Source of the DNA: Nitrosomonadales bacterium
Lineage (GTDB): Bacteria; Pseudomonadota; Gammaproteobacteria; Burkholderiales; Thiobacillaceae
Direction: 5' to 3'
DNA: 64,000 nt
Assembly: GCA_043779595.1 (NCBI GenBank)
Contig: JAYWDZ010000336.1
Span: forward strand, 1,269-65,268
Positions 10,920 to 19,642 of this stretch are shown here, one piece after another. The notes under the pieces were generated by a model. It searched no databases and was not told where the DNA came from. It worked only from the letters and a program-made list of their open reading frames with translations. The first letter of the stretch is position 1; each line of letters opens with the position of its first letter. Made by a program: the position numbers and the translations under genes.

Positions 10920-10999
10920 GCAGACCCCAGGTTCGAGTGTCCCACCCTTGCGGGCTGCCGCTGTTGCCAGCGACCTCTACTAATCCTGCGCTTGTCTGC
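10920..10999 (+). ncRNA. Putative DUF3800-associated structured RNA
   Basis: Nested stems GCAGAC/GTCTGC, CAGG/CCTG and GAG(T)GTC/GACCTC close a junction with two TTGC-loop hairpins (CCC-TTGC-GGG, GCTG-TTGC-CAGC); begins 4 nt after the DUF3800 stop. Strand assumed. Confidence 0.65.
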
Positions 11000-11073
11000 G
11001 ATGTGAATACTAGACCTTCTTTTACCTTCTGGTCAATAGAAAATTCAGGGTAAGGTTTGTTTGATGTGAAACC

Positions 11074-11610
11074 TCAAGGCGTATTAAGCCGCACAAACTC
11101 CGCGAAATAATCCGCCCGCACAATATAAGTCCCATCGCAGTTATAAGACGCCCGCACTATGCCTTCAGATAGCGAGATGGCGGCGTTGCGCGGGTAGTAG
11201 CCATCGATACTGCGCAGGGTGTCGAAGCATTGCACGATTTCATCGATACGACCCTGTGCCAGCGGTTGCCATTGGGCGCGATCATTGTCCATCAAGCTTA
11301 ACCAGTGAGCGGGCAGGTAGCTGCGCAGCGGCCCAGTTTGAACCACGGTGCGTACCCAGGCGATGGTGCGCATTTTTTCTTCGTAGGGCACGGGCACACA
11401 ATGCCGTTGTACATACCCGGGTTTGACCAGGTCTTCTGCGTCGTGAATTTCGTATGCGAAGGGATTGAATATCGATTCAGTGCGTACTTCCGAACTATTG
11501 AACCCCACATAAATCGCGTAGACGCCGGTTTCGCGCAACAGCGCGGCACAGGTTCCGAATACCTGGCCGGCAATTTGTCCAGACGAGAATGTTGGCGTGG
11601 GCGTTGCAGT
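11074..11610 (-). pseudogene. 5'-truncated, frameshifted duplicate of the 13949-14623 gene
   Basis: Near-identical protein (ETGVYAIYVGFNSSEVRTESIFNPFAYEIHDAEDL...YNCDGTYIVRADYFAEFVR); similarity starts at QRPRQHSR near 11610; 1-bp deletion near 11573; lacks the first ~47 codons. Confidence 0.85.
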
Positions 11611-11643
11611 CGTTATTAGGGGAACAAACTCATCACTCGGAAT

Positions 11644-12519
11644 TCAAAACGGTCGCGGGTTGCCGATTCGGTATCCGACACGATTCTTAAAGGTATTGCT
11701 GAGTCGCGTGTTCCCATAGAAACGCGCCATCTGAGTAACAGAAACGGGCACCCACGGCTGGGACAGTTCCGCAACATCAGCATCGAACTCAACTGTGATT
11801 TGATACGGTGAATGGAACCTCAGGTGGCTGGGGTTTGTGTCATACGTGTGCAGGGTTCCGAAATCAAAGTCCCCGCTACCGTGAAAGTAATACCAGTCAC
11901 AACTGGCCCCGCTATTAGTGCACGCCCCGGTGGGGCCGTTCAAGTGGCTGGTATCGAAGCCATGCTTCAACTGCCAATGGTGCCAGGATTCATGAATCAG
12001 CACTGATCCCCGGTTGACCGGGTCATCTGACGGGCCGCCACGGTTAAACAGGGGGCAGTGTAGATTTATGCGGTCACGTGCGGCCGTGCGACCCGTTTCT
12101 GAGTCAGCTTCTGATGCGCCATTGTATTGAATGAAACGTTGGTAAAACGGCCCATGAAAGCGATTGTCCGCCGCGCTAGATGTCGAAGTGTAGTCCTCGA
12201 TCGAATGCCATTGCGGAATGTAGTTGTCGGTCAGGATGTAGTGAATAGCGTAGACGCCGTTTACGACTTTGGCAAATGGCAAGCTTGCGTTGCAAGCGTC
12301 CGAAATGCCAGCGGGATTCCAGGAATCGTCGGTGAGCTGGTACACCTGCCAAACCGCCATATACAAGTCACGCCAGCAACCGTACAAACCCTGCAGGGCC
12401 AACTCCTGCGTGTTTGCGCCATCGTTACAGGCTCGCGCGGGTACGCTCCAACTCGATAACGCCAAGGCAAACGCAGCGAGTAATAGTGATACTGATCTAA
12501 TCCTGGTCATGATAAGCAC
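11644..12519 (-). CDS. Secreted protein with HExxH zinc-metallopeptidase motif
   Basis: Signal peptide (LLLAAFALALSSWSVPARA), motif VLIHESWHH, several Cys. Confidence 0.7.
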   Translation of the reverse strand: MLIMTRIRSVSLLLAAFALALSSWSVPARACNDGANTQELALQGLYGCWRDLYMAVWQVYQLTDDSWNPAGISDACNASLPFAKVVNGVYAIHYILTDNYIPQWHSIEDYTSTSSAADNRFHGPFYQRFIQYNGASEADSETGRTAARDRINLHCPLFNRGGPSDDPVNRGSVLIHESWHHWQLKHGFDTSHLNGPTGACTNSGASCDWYYFHGSGDFDFGTLHTYDTNPSHLRFHSPYQITVEFDADVAELSQPWVPVSVTQMARFYGNTRLSNTFKNRVGYRIGNPRPF

Positions 12520-12567
12520 CCGCTTTCCGAAAACGATTCATTGGGTTCCACTTCTTACGTTGGCAGT

Positions 12568-13467
12568 TCATTTACCTTGCGATTCCGGTAGCTGCTTATG
12601 CAATGTAACCTTGCGATTGCGTTCTGGATCAGGCACGGATTGCACCGGCACAGGTGGCCGTTCTTCTGGATAGCGTTCATAAAATGCATTCAAGCGCGCA
12701 TCAAACTCCTTAACGTCCATGTCACGGGTTCGGCGCGGCAGGCCGATCATTTTTCGCTCATCGGGTTGGGTGATGCGTTGCAGTTCTGATTTGGCGTCGT
12801 CGGAGTCATGAAGCTGAAAAAGGTATGCATCGATTGCCGCAATTCTGACTTCCTGCGACGGGTGCCGTTGCACGACATCGCGGGTTGCCTGCATGGCCAA
12901 ACGCGTACCTATATACGACAACATCTCGGCGGCACGCGCACGTAACCCCCCGTCATAGTTAAAAAAGCTTGTATGAACCCCGGGCCCCAATTCCTCAGTG
13001 GGCAATGTCACCAACGCGTTCTTATGCCAGACAAAGCGGGTCAGGGGGTCAATTGCACGTTCATTTTTGGTCTCACCAAGAATGGAGAGAATCATGAGAT
13101 GACGCCCAATGTCTTGAACGGGAATTTCAAAGAGACGCGCTGCAAGGGCATCGATCACCGCATTGTCGTGTGCGCCTCTCGCAATCTGCTCACGAATCAC
13201 CCTCGTCTGGGATTGCGGCACGCCTTGAACCCAAATCAGGAAGGCATCGACCGAACCTGCAGTCAGCGCCACCGAGGTGGATGGCTTTGGATTGACAATC
13301 GGTCCGATGGACCGGGGCAAATCATCGTTGCCAGAGCTGGGCACGACAGGCTTGATGGAGCAAGCGCTCGTCAAACCTAAGACGACTACAACCCCAAGGT
13401 ACACAAAAACGCCTCTGATTTTGGTATCGAATTCTCGCGTTCGGACGATCAAGCGACCAGTGTTCAT
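12568..13467 (-). CDS. Putative lipoprotein with HEAT-like helical repeats
   Basis: Hydrophobic stretch + lipobox LTSA-C; segments LSILGETKNERAIDPL, LRARAAEMLSYIG, EVRIAAIDAY; GAGGAG RBS. Confidence 0.7.
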   Translation of the reverse strand: MNTGRLIVRTREFDTKIRGVFVYLGVVVVLGLTSACSIKPVVPSSGNDDLPRSIGPIVNPKPSTSVALTAGSVDAFLIWVQGVPQSQTRVIREQIARGAHDNAVIDALAARLFEIPVQDIGRHLMILSILGETKNERAIDPLTRFVWHKNALVTLPTEELGPGVHTSFFNYDGGLRARAAEMLSYIGTRLAMQATRDVVQRHPSQEVRIAAIDAYLFQLHDSDDAKSELQRITQPDERKMIGLPRRTRDMDVKEFDARLNAFYERYPEERPPVPVQSVPDPERNRKVTLHKQLPESQGK

Positions 13468-13698
13468 TCATATCTCCTCTCGACATATTGAACTACCGCT
13501 CCCCGCACCTTGGAGATGCACGCTTCGGCGTGATGTCCCAGACTGTGCGCAGCCACAAAGTCATCTGTAAAATAGAAGATTCAACCGCACCAACCAGGCA
13601 ATTGGAATCGGTGAAACGGCCTAATACTTATGGACGATAGATTGCAGAATTATTAATTTGCATAATATTTCCAGTATTGACACTTAAGGGTGCAGCCA

Positions 13699-13863
13699 AT
13701 GAACAATTCCGTGGAAGCTCAAATTGCTACGAACGCTTCGCTGGAGTTGGCTGGGCCTGCTTTAGAGGCAATGTCAGTACCGAATAAACCTGTAGAGCCC
13801 ACCTTTGAACAGCTTGGCCTGATTCCCTTTGATTCTGATGTATGGGATTCGTGGGTGGATTAA
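13699..13863 (+). CDS. Possible 54-aa small protein
   Basis: Manual translation MNNSVEAQIATNASLELAGPALEAMSVPNKPVEPTFEQLGLIPFDSDVWDSWVD; AAGGG upstream; below the ORF-track cutoff. Confidence 0.4.
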   Translation: MNNSVEAQIATNASLELAGPALEAMSVPNKPVEPTFEQLGLIPFDSDVWDSWVD

Positions 13864-13948
13864 GACCTGCGGCTAATCCCCTCAGTCGCTTGGTTTATTT
13901 GCGATCCGAAGTCTTGATATTTGAAACTCTTCCTGCCTGGCGATGCCT

Positions 13949-14623
13949 TCAGGGTGTATTAATACGTACAAATTCTGCAAAGTAATCTGCGCGCACAATA
14001 TAAGTCCCATCGCAATTGTAAGAGGCGCGGACGACGCCTTCAGACAGCGAGATAGCGGCGTTGCGTAGGTAATAGCCATCAATGCTGCGCAGGGTGTCGA
14101 AGCACTGCACGATTTCTCCGATTTTGTCTTGTGCCAATGGCTGCCATTGAGCACGGTTTTTTTCCATCAAACTTGCCCAGTGGGGCGGCAGATAGTTGCT
14201 CAACGGCCCTGTCTGAATCATCGCGCGGATCCAGGCGATGGCGCGATTTTTTTCATCGTAGGGTACAGGCACAAAATGGCGTTCTACGTACCCCGGTTTG
14301 ATCAGATCTTCGGCGTCGTGAATTTCGTAGGCGAAGGGATTGAATATCGATTCGGTGCGGACTTCAGAGCTATTAAATCCCACATAAATGGCGTAAACCC
14401 CTGTTTCACTCAGTAGCGTCGCGCAGGTTTCGAGCACTTGGCTTGCAACTTTGTCCATCCGCGAATGCTGGCGTGGGCGCTGTTGGACGGTCTCGCGCAG
14501 ACTAGGGTCACCTTTTATGCTGACGAAAGGTTTGTCCAACGCCAGTCCGAATGCACCGACTATGGCTTCTTGTGGCACGCCGTATTCCAGCGAGTCATCG
14601 CGTATTTCAGTGGAGGTAGTCAT
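13949..14623 (-). CDS. Hypothetical protein (intact copy)
   Basis: 224-aa ORF; differences from the 11074 copy are largely synonymous, which supports coding status. Confidence 0.8.
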   Translation of the reverse strand: MTTSTEIRDDSLEYGVPQEAIVGAFGLALDKPFVSIKGDPSLRETVQQRPRQHSRMDKVASQVLETCATLLSETGVYAIYVGFNSSEVRTESIFNPFAYEIHDAEDLIKPGYVERHFVPVPYDEKNRAIAWIRAMIQTGPLSNYLPPHWASLMEKNRAQWQPLAQDKIGEIVQCFDTLRSIDGYYLRNAAISLSEGVVRASYNCDGTYIVRADYFAEFVRINTP

Positions 14624-14673
14624 GGGCCAATTGTCCCATACCCATGCTGCAAGCTGATGACCTTGTTGATGTG

Positions 14674-15012
14674 CTAATTCTGTGACATATAGGCCTTGGC
14701 TTCTTCTCCCGGGTTAGGCAATCCGGCCATTCGCCACGCCGATAGTGGGCTTACGAAAAGATGCTGGAGGCAATCGGGCTCTTGACCGCCGAGATGACAA
14801 ATATGGCTAAAGGCGGGTATGGAGCCGCTCTTTTGATATTCAGCGCGTAATGTACGCAGCAGCTCAAGTTGCTCGCTATTTAGCGGCCCCAACCCATCTG
14901 CCTGCGCAATGCTTTCTGCTATCTCCACATTCCATTTGTCGGGTTCGAGAAAGAACCCATCTGCATCAAATAAATGACTATCGCTCGTTGCCACTAAATC
15001 TTTCATGCTCAC
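14674..15012 (-). CDS. TusE/DsrC/DsvC-family protein lacking the C-terminal cysteines
   Basis: FDADGFFLEPDKWNVEIAESIAQADGL and LF..PL.AWRMAGLPNP; tail ends GEEAKAYMSQN with no Cys. Confidence 0.85.
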   Translation of the reverse strand: MSMKDLVATSDSHLFDADGFFLEPDKWNVEIAESIAQADGLGPLNSEQLELLRTLRAEYQKSGSIPAFSHICHLGGQEPDCLQHLFVSPLSAWRMAGLPNPGEEAKAYMSQN

Positions 15013-15147
15013 ACCGTTATAGTTGTTAAAGCCTTACTTTTTACTTAAACCTCGACTTGATATGTAGGCATTTAGCGCGCTGAATGCTAGGGGTAAGACT
15101 GAAAAGCTATGTGACCACACCGTCGGCTTTGGCTTCAACGCGTGTAG

Positions 15148-16179
15148 TTAAATCTGCAATAGCAAGCGGCGCACTGGTGAAGGCACAGCTGCTTTTAATG
15201 CATCGGATTTAGCAAGCCATCGGTGCTGGATAACGCTTGCGGAACTCAAGCGGGTAGCAATTTGTACGAGTTGAGGAAAGATGCTGAGCTTGAAGTGCGT
15301 AAAAGTATGCTTTAACACAGGCAAGCTATTGCTGGCGTGCACCTTGAAACCAAGCTGATGCTGGCAGTAGTGCAAAGCGTCAATCTCCGACGCAATTTCG
15401 GGGAAACTCAAGAGCCCGCCCCAGATGCCACGGGATGGACGTTTTTCAAGCAATATCTGATCGTGGTCCATCAGAATCAGCATTTGAATTTGCCTTTCGG
15501 GCAGGATTTTTTTGGGCTTGGGAGTGGGAAGGGCGGCCAAACGTCCCTGCTTGCGACCCACGCAGTCATCAGCAATGGGGCACAGCTCACAATTGGGCCG
15601 GGTTCGCGTACACAGGCTCGCGCCTAAATCCATCATGCCTTGCGTATAGGCTTCAATATCACTGCCGGGCAAGAGTGATTCAGCCAACGCCCACAATTTA
15701 TTTTCGATAGGCTTCTCACTGGGCCAGCCACTTACGCCCGCATGACGCGCCAGCACGCGTTTAACGTTGCCATCAAGAATTGCCTGCGTTTGGCCAAAAG
15801 CCAGCGCGGCAATAGCGCTGGCGGTTGAGCGACCTACCCCGGGCATGTTTTCCAAAGAGGCGACAGCCTGAGGAAACACCCCCGCGTGCTGCCCGACTAT
15901 CTGTTGCGCAGCTTTATGTAGATTGCGTGCTCGGCTGTAGTACCCAAGGCCGCTCCAGAGTTCCAGAACGTTATCCTCACTGGCATGTGCCAATGCATGT
16001 ACATCGGGAAAGCGGGTCATGAAACGCAAAAAATAAGGGATGACGGTGACAACCTGGGTTTGTTGCAACATGACTTCCGAAACCCAGATTTGGTATGGGT
16101 CGCGATTGATCTGCCAGGGTAGACCATGACGGCCATGCTGGTGTTGCCAGTCGATAACGCGGGAGGAAAATGCTTTCAC
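15148..16179 (-). CDS. mutY: A/G-specific adenine glycosylase
   Basis: WVSEVMLQQTQV, WSGLGYYSRARN, HhH-GPD PGVGRSTA..LDGNVKRV, Fe-S motif CTRTRPNCELCPIADDC. Confidence 0.97.
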   Translation of the reverse strand: MKAFSSRVIDWQHQHGRHGLPWQINRDPYQIWVSEVMLQQTQVVTVIPYFLRFMTRFPDVHALAHASEDNVLELWSGLGYYSRARNLHKAAQQIVGQHAGVFPQAVASLENMPGVGRSTASAIAALAFGQTQAILDGNVKRVLARHAGVSGWPSEKPIENKLWALAESLLPGSDIEAYTQGMMDLGASLCTRTRPNCELCPIADDCVGRKQGRLAALPTPKPKKILPERQIQMLILMDHDQILLEKRPSRGIWGGLLSFPEIASEIDALHYCQHQLGFKVHASNSLPVLKHTFTHFKLSIFPQLVQIATRLSSASVIQHRWLAKSDALKAAVPSPVRRLLLQI

Positions 16180-16223
16180 CCCGCTAGCGTAACGGGGGTG
16201 AAAGGCTAAATCAATTCAAACTA

Positions 16224-18482
16224 TCAGGTGTAGCCAAGTTGCTGTCTAAAGAGCCCCAGCAATTTACTAAACGCCGACTCGGTGATGGACTTGCGCTCGA
16301 CGACAACGGCTTCACCAGTACGCAGTTTTTGAGCGAGCCGCGGCAGGCTGATAGAAAAGCTGTTGAGCCCATCCTGATCAGAGAAAAGATAAGTGTTCTT
16401 GATTCCACCCACCCAGCCCAAGCGCATCCAGCGGAAAGTCTGGTCGTCGTAATGAAACTCTACCCAATCGCCTTTGTTCAACTCGCGCGCGCGAAGGGTA
16501 AATTCATCTTCCACTTCGGGTTCTTCTGCAACGATCTCTACTACTGGGTCGGGAATAGGTTCGTCAGTTGTTATAGGAGCAGCAGCGGCAAGGGCGGCTT
16601 CCTCAGCAAGCTGATTAGCGGCTGCATCCGTGGTTTCGGGCAGGGGGACGGTCATCGCATTCGGTCTTACGGCATTGGCATGCAGTACAACCAGTTCGGC
16701 AAAAAACTTTTCGGAACGATTCGTGGCTGTTTCCTGAGTTGCCATGCCTTCGCGCAGGCGTTTTAGTAGCCCGGGCAGGATACGAACCAGCATCAGGCGC
16801 GCATCCATGTCTTTTTTCGGCTGCACACTCCACACCAGCTCGCGCATGGTTTCCACATGGCTATTAAAATGCGCACCGACTTCACCCTCACGGGTGTAGT
16901 CGTTTATCAGCAGAGTCGCCCAATCGTTTCTTAAAAAATCGATAATGGACTTGATCGTAGGCTGCTCATTTAAGCAGCGGTTGATGAAATCGTGGGCAAC
17001 AATCGGCGCCAGTTCAGCACGCTCAGCTTGCTGCAGTATTTCGATATCGGGCTGTAACTCTGCCTCAACCGTACTTTCGAGTGTTTGATCCATCGCCTCT
17101 AATTCGTCGGCGGCGCTCTCAAATATTTCTATATTCTGGTCAAAATTATCCAATACCCGTGTCACCACGCGCGACACAGCCTCAAGGCGCTCATTGCCCG
17201 AGTCTGTAGCCGGGATATGCACAGACAGCACCGCAATAGCATCCAACATCCGGCGCACGGGGTGATTGCGCAACGAGAAAAAGCTGCGATCCATCATCGC
17301 GGCTTTCAGTACGGGGATTTGCAAGCGGGCGATTTGCGCCTTGAGTCGATCAGGGATGGATTCTTCATCAAATAGCACATCGAAAAGCATCGCCACGGCA
17401 TCGACCATCACCACATCCAATGGGTTGGCTGATTGCATGGCAGGGCTTTGCTGCAAGCCACGCAATACATTTTGAATCGAACTGTCTTCCAAGGTTGGAA
17501 ACTCAAACATGCCGCCGCCAGGTAGCGGCATAGCACCGTTTTGCATGCCGACTAATGACTCCAGCAAGTTAAAAACTGCCATCGCAGAATTGTTAGATCC
17601 GCCACTTGAGCCGCCACCCCCTGGGGAGCTGCCGCCATGGGCGCCTCCGCTGGTCTGCGAACTGCTTCCACTATAGCCGCCACCGCCCGAATGCCCACGC
17701 GCCATTTGCTCAAAAAGATTGAGCATTTCAGATTCAGCTTCGCCTTGCTGATCCGCAATGCTATTACCCGCTTGTTTGCGAGTCGGGCGAGTCTTCATTC
17801 CGAACTTGAGGTCGGGAAGAATGCCGTGGTCCACTAAATAATGGTTAATGGATTGATATATGCGTGCGAGTTCGGTGGTGAGTACCAGATCGAACTGATT
17901 TAGCAGCACCACTTGCAGGCTTTGCTCTTTTGAAACCGCTGAAATGCCGCCCAATAAGGATTGGCACAGTATTTTTGGGCCTAAAGGGTTGTCGTTTTCG
18001 GGGATTTCCGGGCGATTGAGCAAGGTGGCAATACGCGTATCGAGTGCCAGTAACTCCTCCGCACAGTTGTAACGCAAGCGCGACGTAGCTTTATCCAAGG
18101 TCAGCGTGGCTTCAAAATCACTATCGTTTACCAGCGAAAGCTCCAGCATCTCCGGAGCATCGGTTTTAGCCCGACGGTTAAGAAAATCATTAAAAGATTT
18201 GAAATAGGTTTCTTTGCAGGCCGCCAGCAATTCATTGCTGTGCTGGTTGAGAAGCCCCAAGGCGTTGTAATAAGAAGTGCGGGTTTCGAGCAACGGAGCG
18301 CGTTCCGCCATCACCAGCAAGGTATTTTCGATAGCTTCAGTTTGGCGAGAGAGTATCCGCACAGCCCCATCAATCAGCAGATCGCGACAGGCGTGGAGTA
18401 GCGGCAGGCTTTCCGTAGCGGCGAAAGTCCGACGTGATTTGCCATACTCATTGAGATTTACCACCACAGCTTTTTCTGACAT
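16224..18482 (-). CDS. DUF1631 family protein
   Basis: 752 aa; NPLGP, IARLQIPVLKAAMMDRSFF..HPVRRMLD, ELVWSVQPK, LPGLLKRLREG, GDWVEF; Gly/Ser-rich linker. Confidence 0.85.
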   Translation of the reverse strand: MSEKAVVVNLNEYGKSRRTFAATESLPLLHACRDLLIDGAVRILSRQTEAIENTLLVMAERAPLLETRTSYYNALGLLNQHSNELLAACKETYFKSFNDFLNRRAKTDAPEMLELSLVNDSDFEATLTLDKATSRLRYNCAEELLALDTRIATLLNRPEIPENDNPLGPKILCQSLLGGISAVSKEQSLQVVLLNQFDLVLTTELARIYQSINHYLVDHGILPDLKFGMKTRPTRKQAGNSIADQQGEAESEMLNLFEQMARGHSGGGGYSGSSSQTSGGAHGGSSPGGGGSSGGSNNSAMAVFNLLESLVGMQNGAMPLPGGGMFEFPTLEDSSIQNVLRGLQQSPAMQSANPLDVVMVDAVAMLFDVLFDEESIPDRLKAQIARLQIPVLKAAMMDRSFFSLRNHPVRRMLDAIAVLSVHIPATDSGNERLEAVSRVVTRVLDNFDQNIEIFESAADELEAMDQTLESTVEAELQPDIEILQQAERAELAPIVAHDFINRCLNEQPTIKSIIDFLRNDWATLLINDYTREGEVGAHFNSHVETMRELVWSVQPKKDMDARLMLVRILPGLLKRLREGMATQETATNRSEKFFAELVVLHANAVRPNAMTVPLPETTDAAANQLAEEAALAAAAPITTDEPIPDPVVEIVAEEPEVEDEFTLRARELNKGDWVEFHYDDQTFRWMRLGWVGGIKNTYLFSDQDGLNSFSISLPRLAQKLRTGEAVVVERKSITESAFSKLLGLFRQQLGYT

Positions 18483-18849
18483 TTATTACCCCCATTCTTA
18501 TCACTATCGACCACAGACAGTTGATACAGGGTGCATAAGGGAGGCGTTAAGCCTACCGGTGACCCCGCTATCTCAATATTCCTTTCGGAAATGCTTCTCT
18601 AAATTTAACGAGAAGACTTTGAGACCGGAAGTTTTGCGTCACCGTCTCGCGACGGGTTTGCCCTGATCGGTGTCAGTCAGAGGTGTCGATTTCTGGACAC
18701 ACAACCGCATATCAGCCTAACGGTAGGTTTGTGCGCAGACTTTAGGGTTATTTAGAAATTAGATTAAGAGACTAAAGCTTCTTAATTATTCAGATGATAT
18801 TTAAGATCAAATATTCTGTTTAAGCTATTGAATTATTAAATATTTAATT

Positions 18850-18871
18850 TGGTGCGGGAGGGGGACTCGAA
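18850..18871. repeat. att core: displaced copy of the tRNA-Leu 3' end
   Basis: TGGTGC-GGGAGGGGGACTCGAA versus TGGTGCCGGGAGGGGGACTCGAA at 24960-24982 (one C missing). Confidence 0.9.
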
Positions 18872-18924
18872 AAATCGCCTGTGAGCCTTATGAATACTTG
18901 AAGGAGCGTTTTATAAAAATCGAG

Positions 18925-18948
18925 GTACCGTCAAAAGTACCGCCAAAA
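18925..18948. repeat. Putative integrase arm-type binding sites (left end)
   Basis: Tandem GTACCGTCAAAA GTACCGCCAAAA just inside the att repeat; the motif recurs at the other end. Confidence 0.7.
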
Positions 18949-19053
18949 CTTTTGGATGCGGTCTGGGTCATCATCCAGGATTTCTGACCTCCTATCGAAC
19001 GCCAGTGTGATGTTCGGCATGGGCTATACTCTAAAAATTACGTGGGGGATAAA

Positions 19054-19239
19054 ATGGATACGTTATTACTGGTAGTTGGCTGCATAGCCCTTTATTTCTT
19101 GCCGACATTTATTGCCAATGGGCGCAAACACCATCAGTACAATGCGATCCTGCTTATGAACCTACTACTCGGCTGGACCGGGATATTTTGGGTCTTCGCT
19201 TTAATTTGGTCTGCTACTGCGGTACGGGCTACGGTATAA
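19054..19239 (+). CDS. Superinfection immunity protein (T4 Imm-like)
   Basis: LYFLPTFIA..RKH..AILLMNLLLGWTGIFWVFALIWS signature; TATACT -10 upstream. Confidence 0.85.
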   Translation: MDTLLLVVGCIALYFLPTFIANGRKHHQYNAILLMNLLLGWTGIFWVFALIWSATAVRATV

Positions 19240-19375
19240 AACCCCGAATCACAGATTGCGCGACGCACCGGCAATTTATCTCAGTGCCAGGCCATACCCA
19301 TTTACCGTCAAGGTACATGCCCTTATCGATGTCGTAAAGGTCGCCATCGGCTTTAAGGTGCGACGGCCTCGGCAG
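19229..19375 (-). pseudogene. C-terminal fragment of a phage Mu gpF-like minor head protein
   Basis: Manual translation LPRPSHLKADGDLYDIDKGMYLDGKWVWPGTEINCRCVAQSVIRGFIP*; RxxH...DG...PG..INCRC is the MuF signature; no start codon upstream of the motif. Confidence 0.7.
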
Positions 19376-19642
19376 CTAATCTATTAATCCGCGTCGAGCG
19401 CCAGCAAGCATAACTTCGTCGATAGATGCGTAAGGTTTTCCAGCTCTGCATTTTTTGGATTCTTTCAATAACCAGCAAGCATATATCAACGCTTTTCTCT
19501 GGGTAAACCTGAACGCGTTGCGACTTGATATGCGCTTGCCTTCGGGAGTACGTGCTCCGCTGCTTTGTTCCCATGGGTTCCATTTATGGATCAACGCAGC
19601 TTGCCGTGCCTTCTGTTCCTCAGTCCATTTTCTAGCGGACAT
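19376..19642 (-). CDS. Small basic protein, HGGxSTG-like (STGPRTxEGK-type) motif
   Basis: WTEEQKARQAALIHKWNPWEQSSGARTPEGKRISSRNA, a type of small gene common in satellites and prophages. Confidence 0.7.
   Translation of the reverse strand: MSARKWTEEQKARQAALIHKWNPWEQSSGARTPEGKRISSRNAFRFTQRKALIYACWLLKESKKCRAGKPYASIDEVMLAGARRGLID

Noticed and set aside
9797-10945. 268-aa and 113-aa minus-strand ORFs
   Set aside because: Antisense shadows of DUF3800 and the DUF6161-like tail; no motifs.
17590-17700. Gly/Ser-rich low-complexity repeats
   Set aside because: Flexible linker within the DUF1631 protein, not a DNA repeat element.
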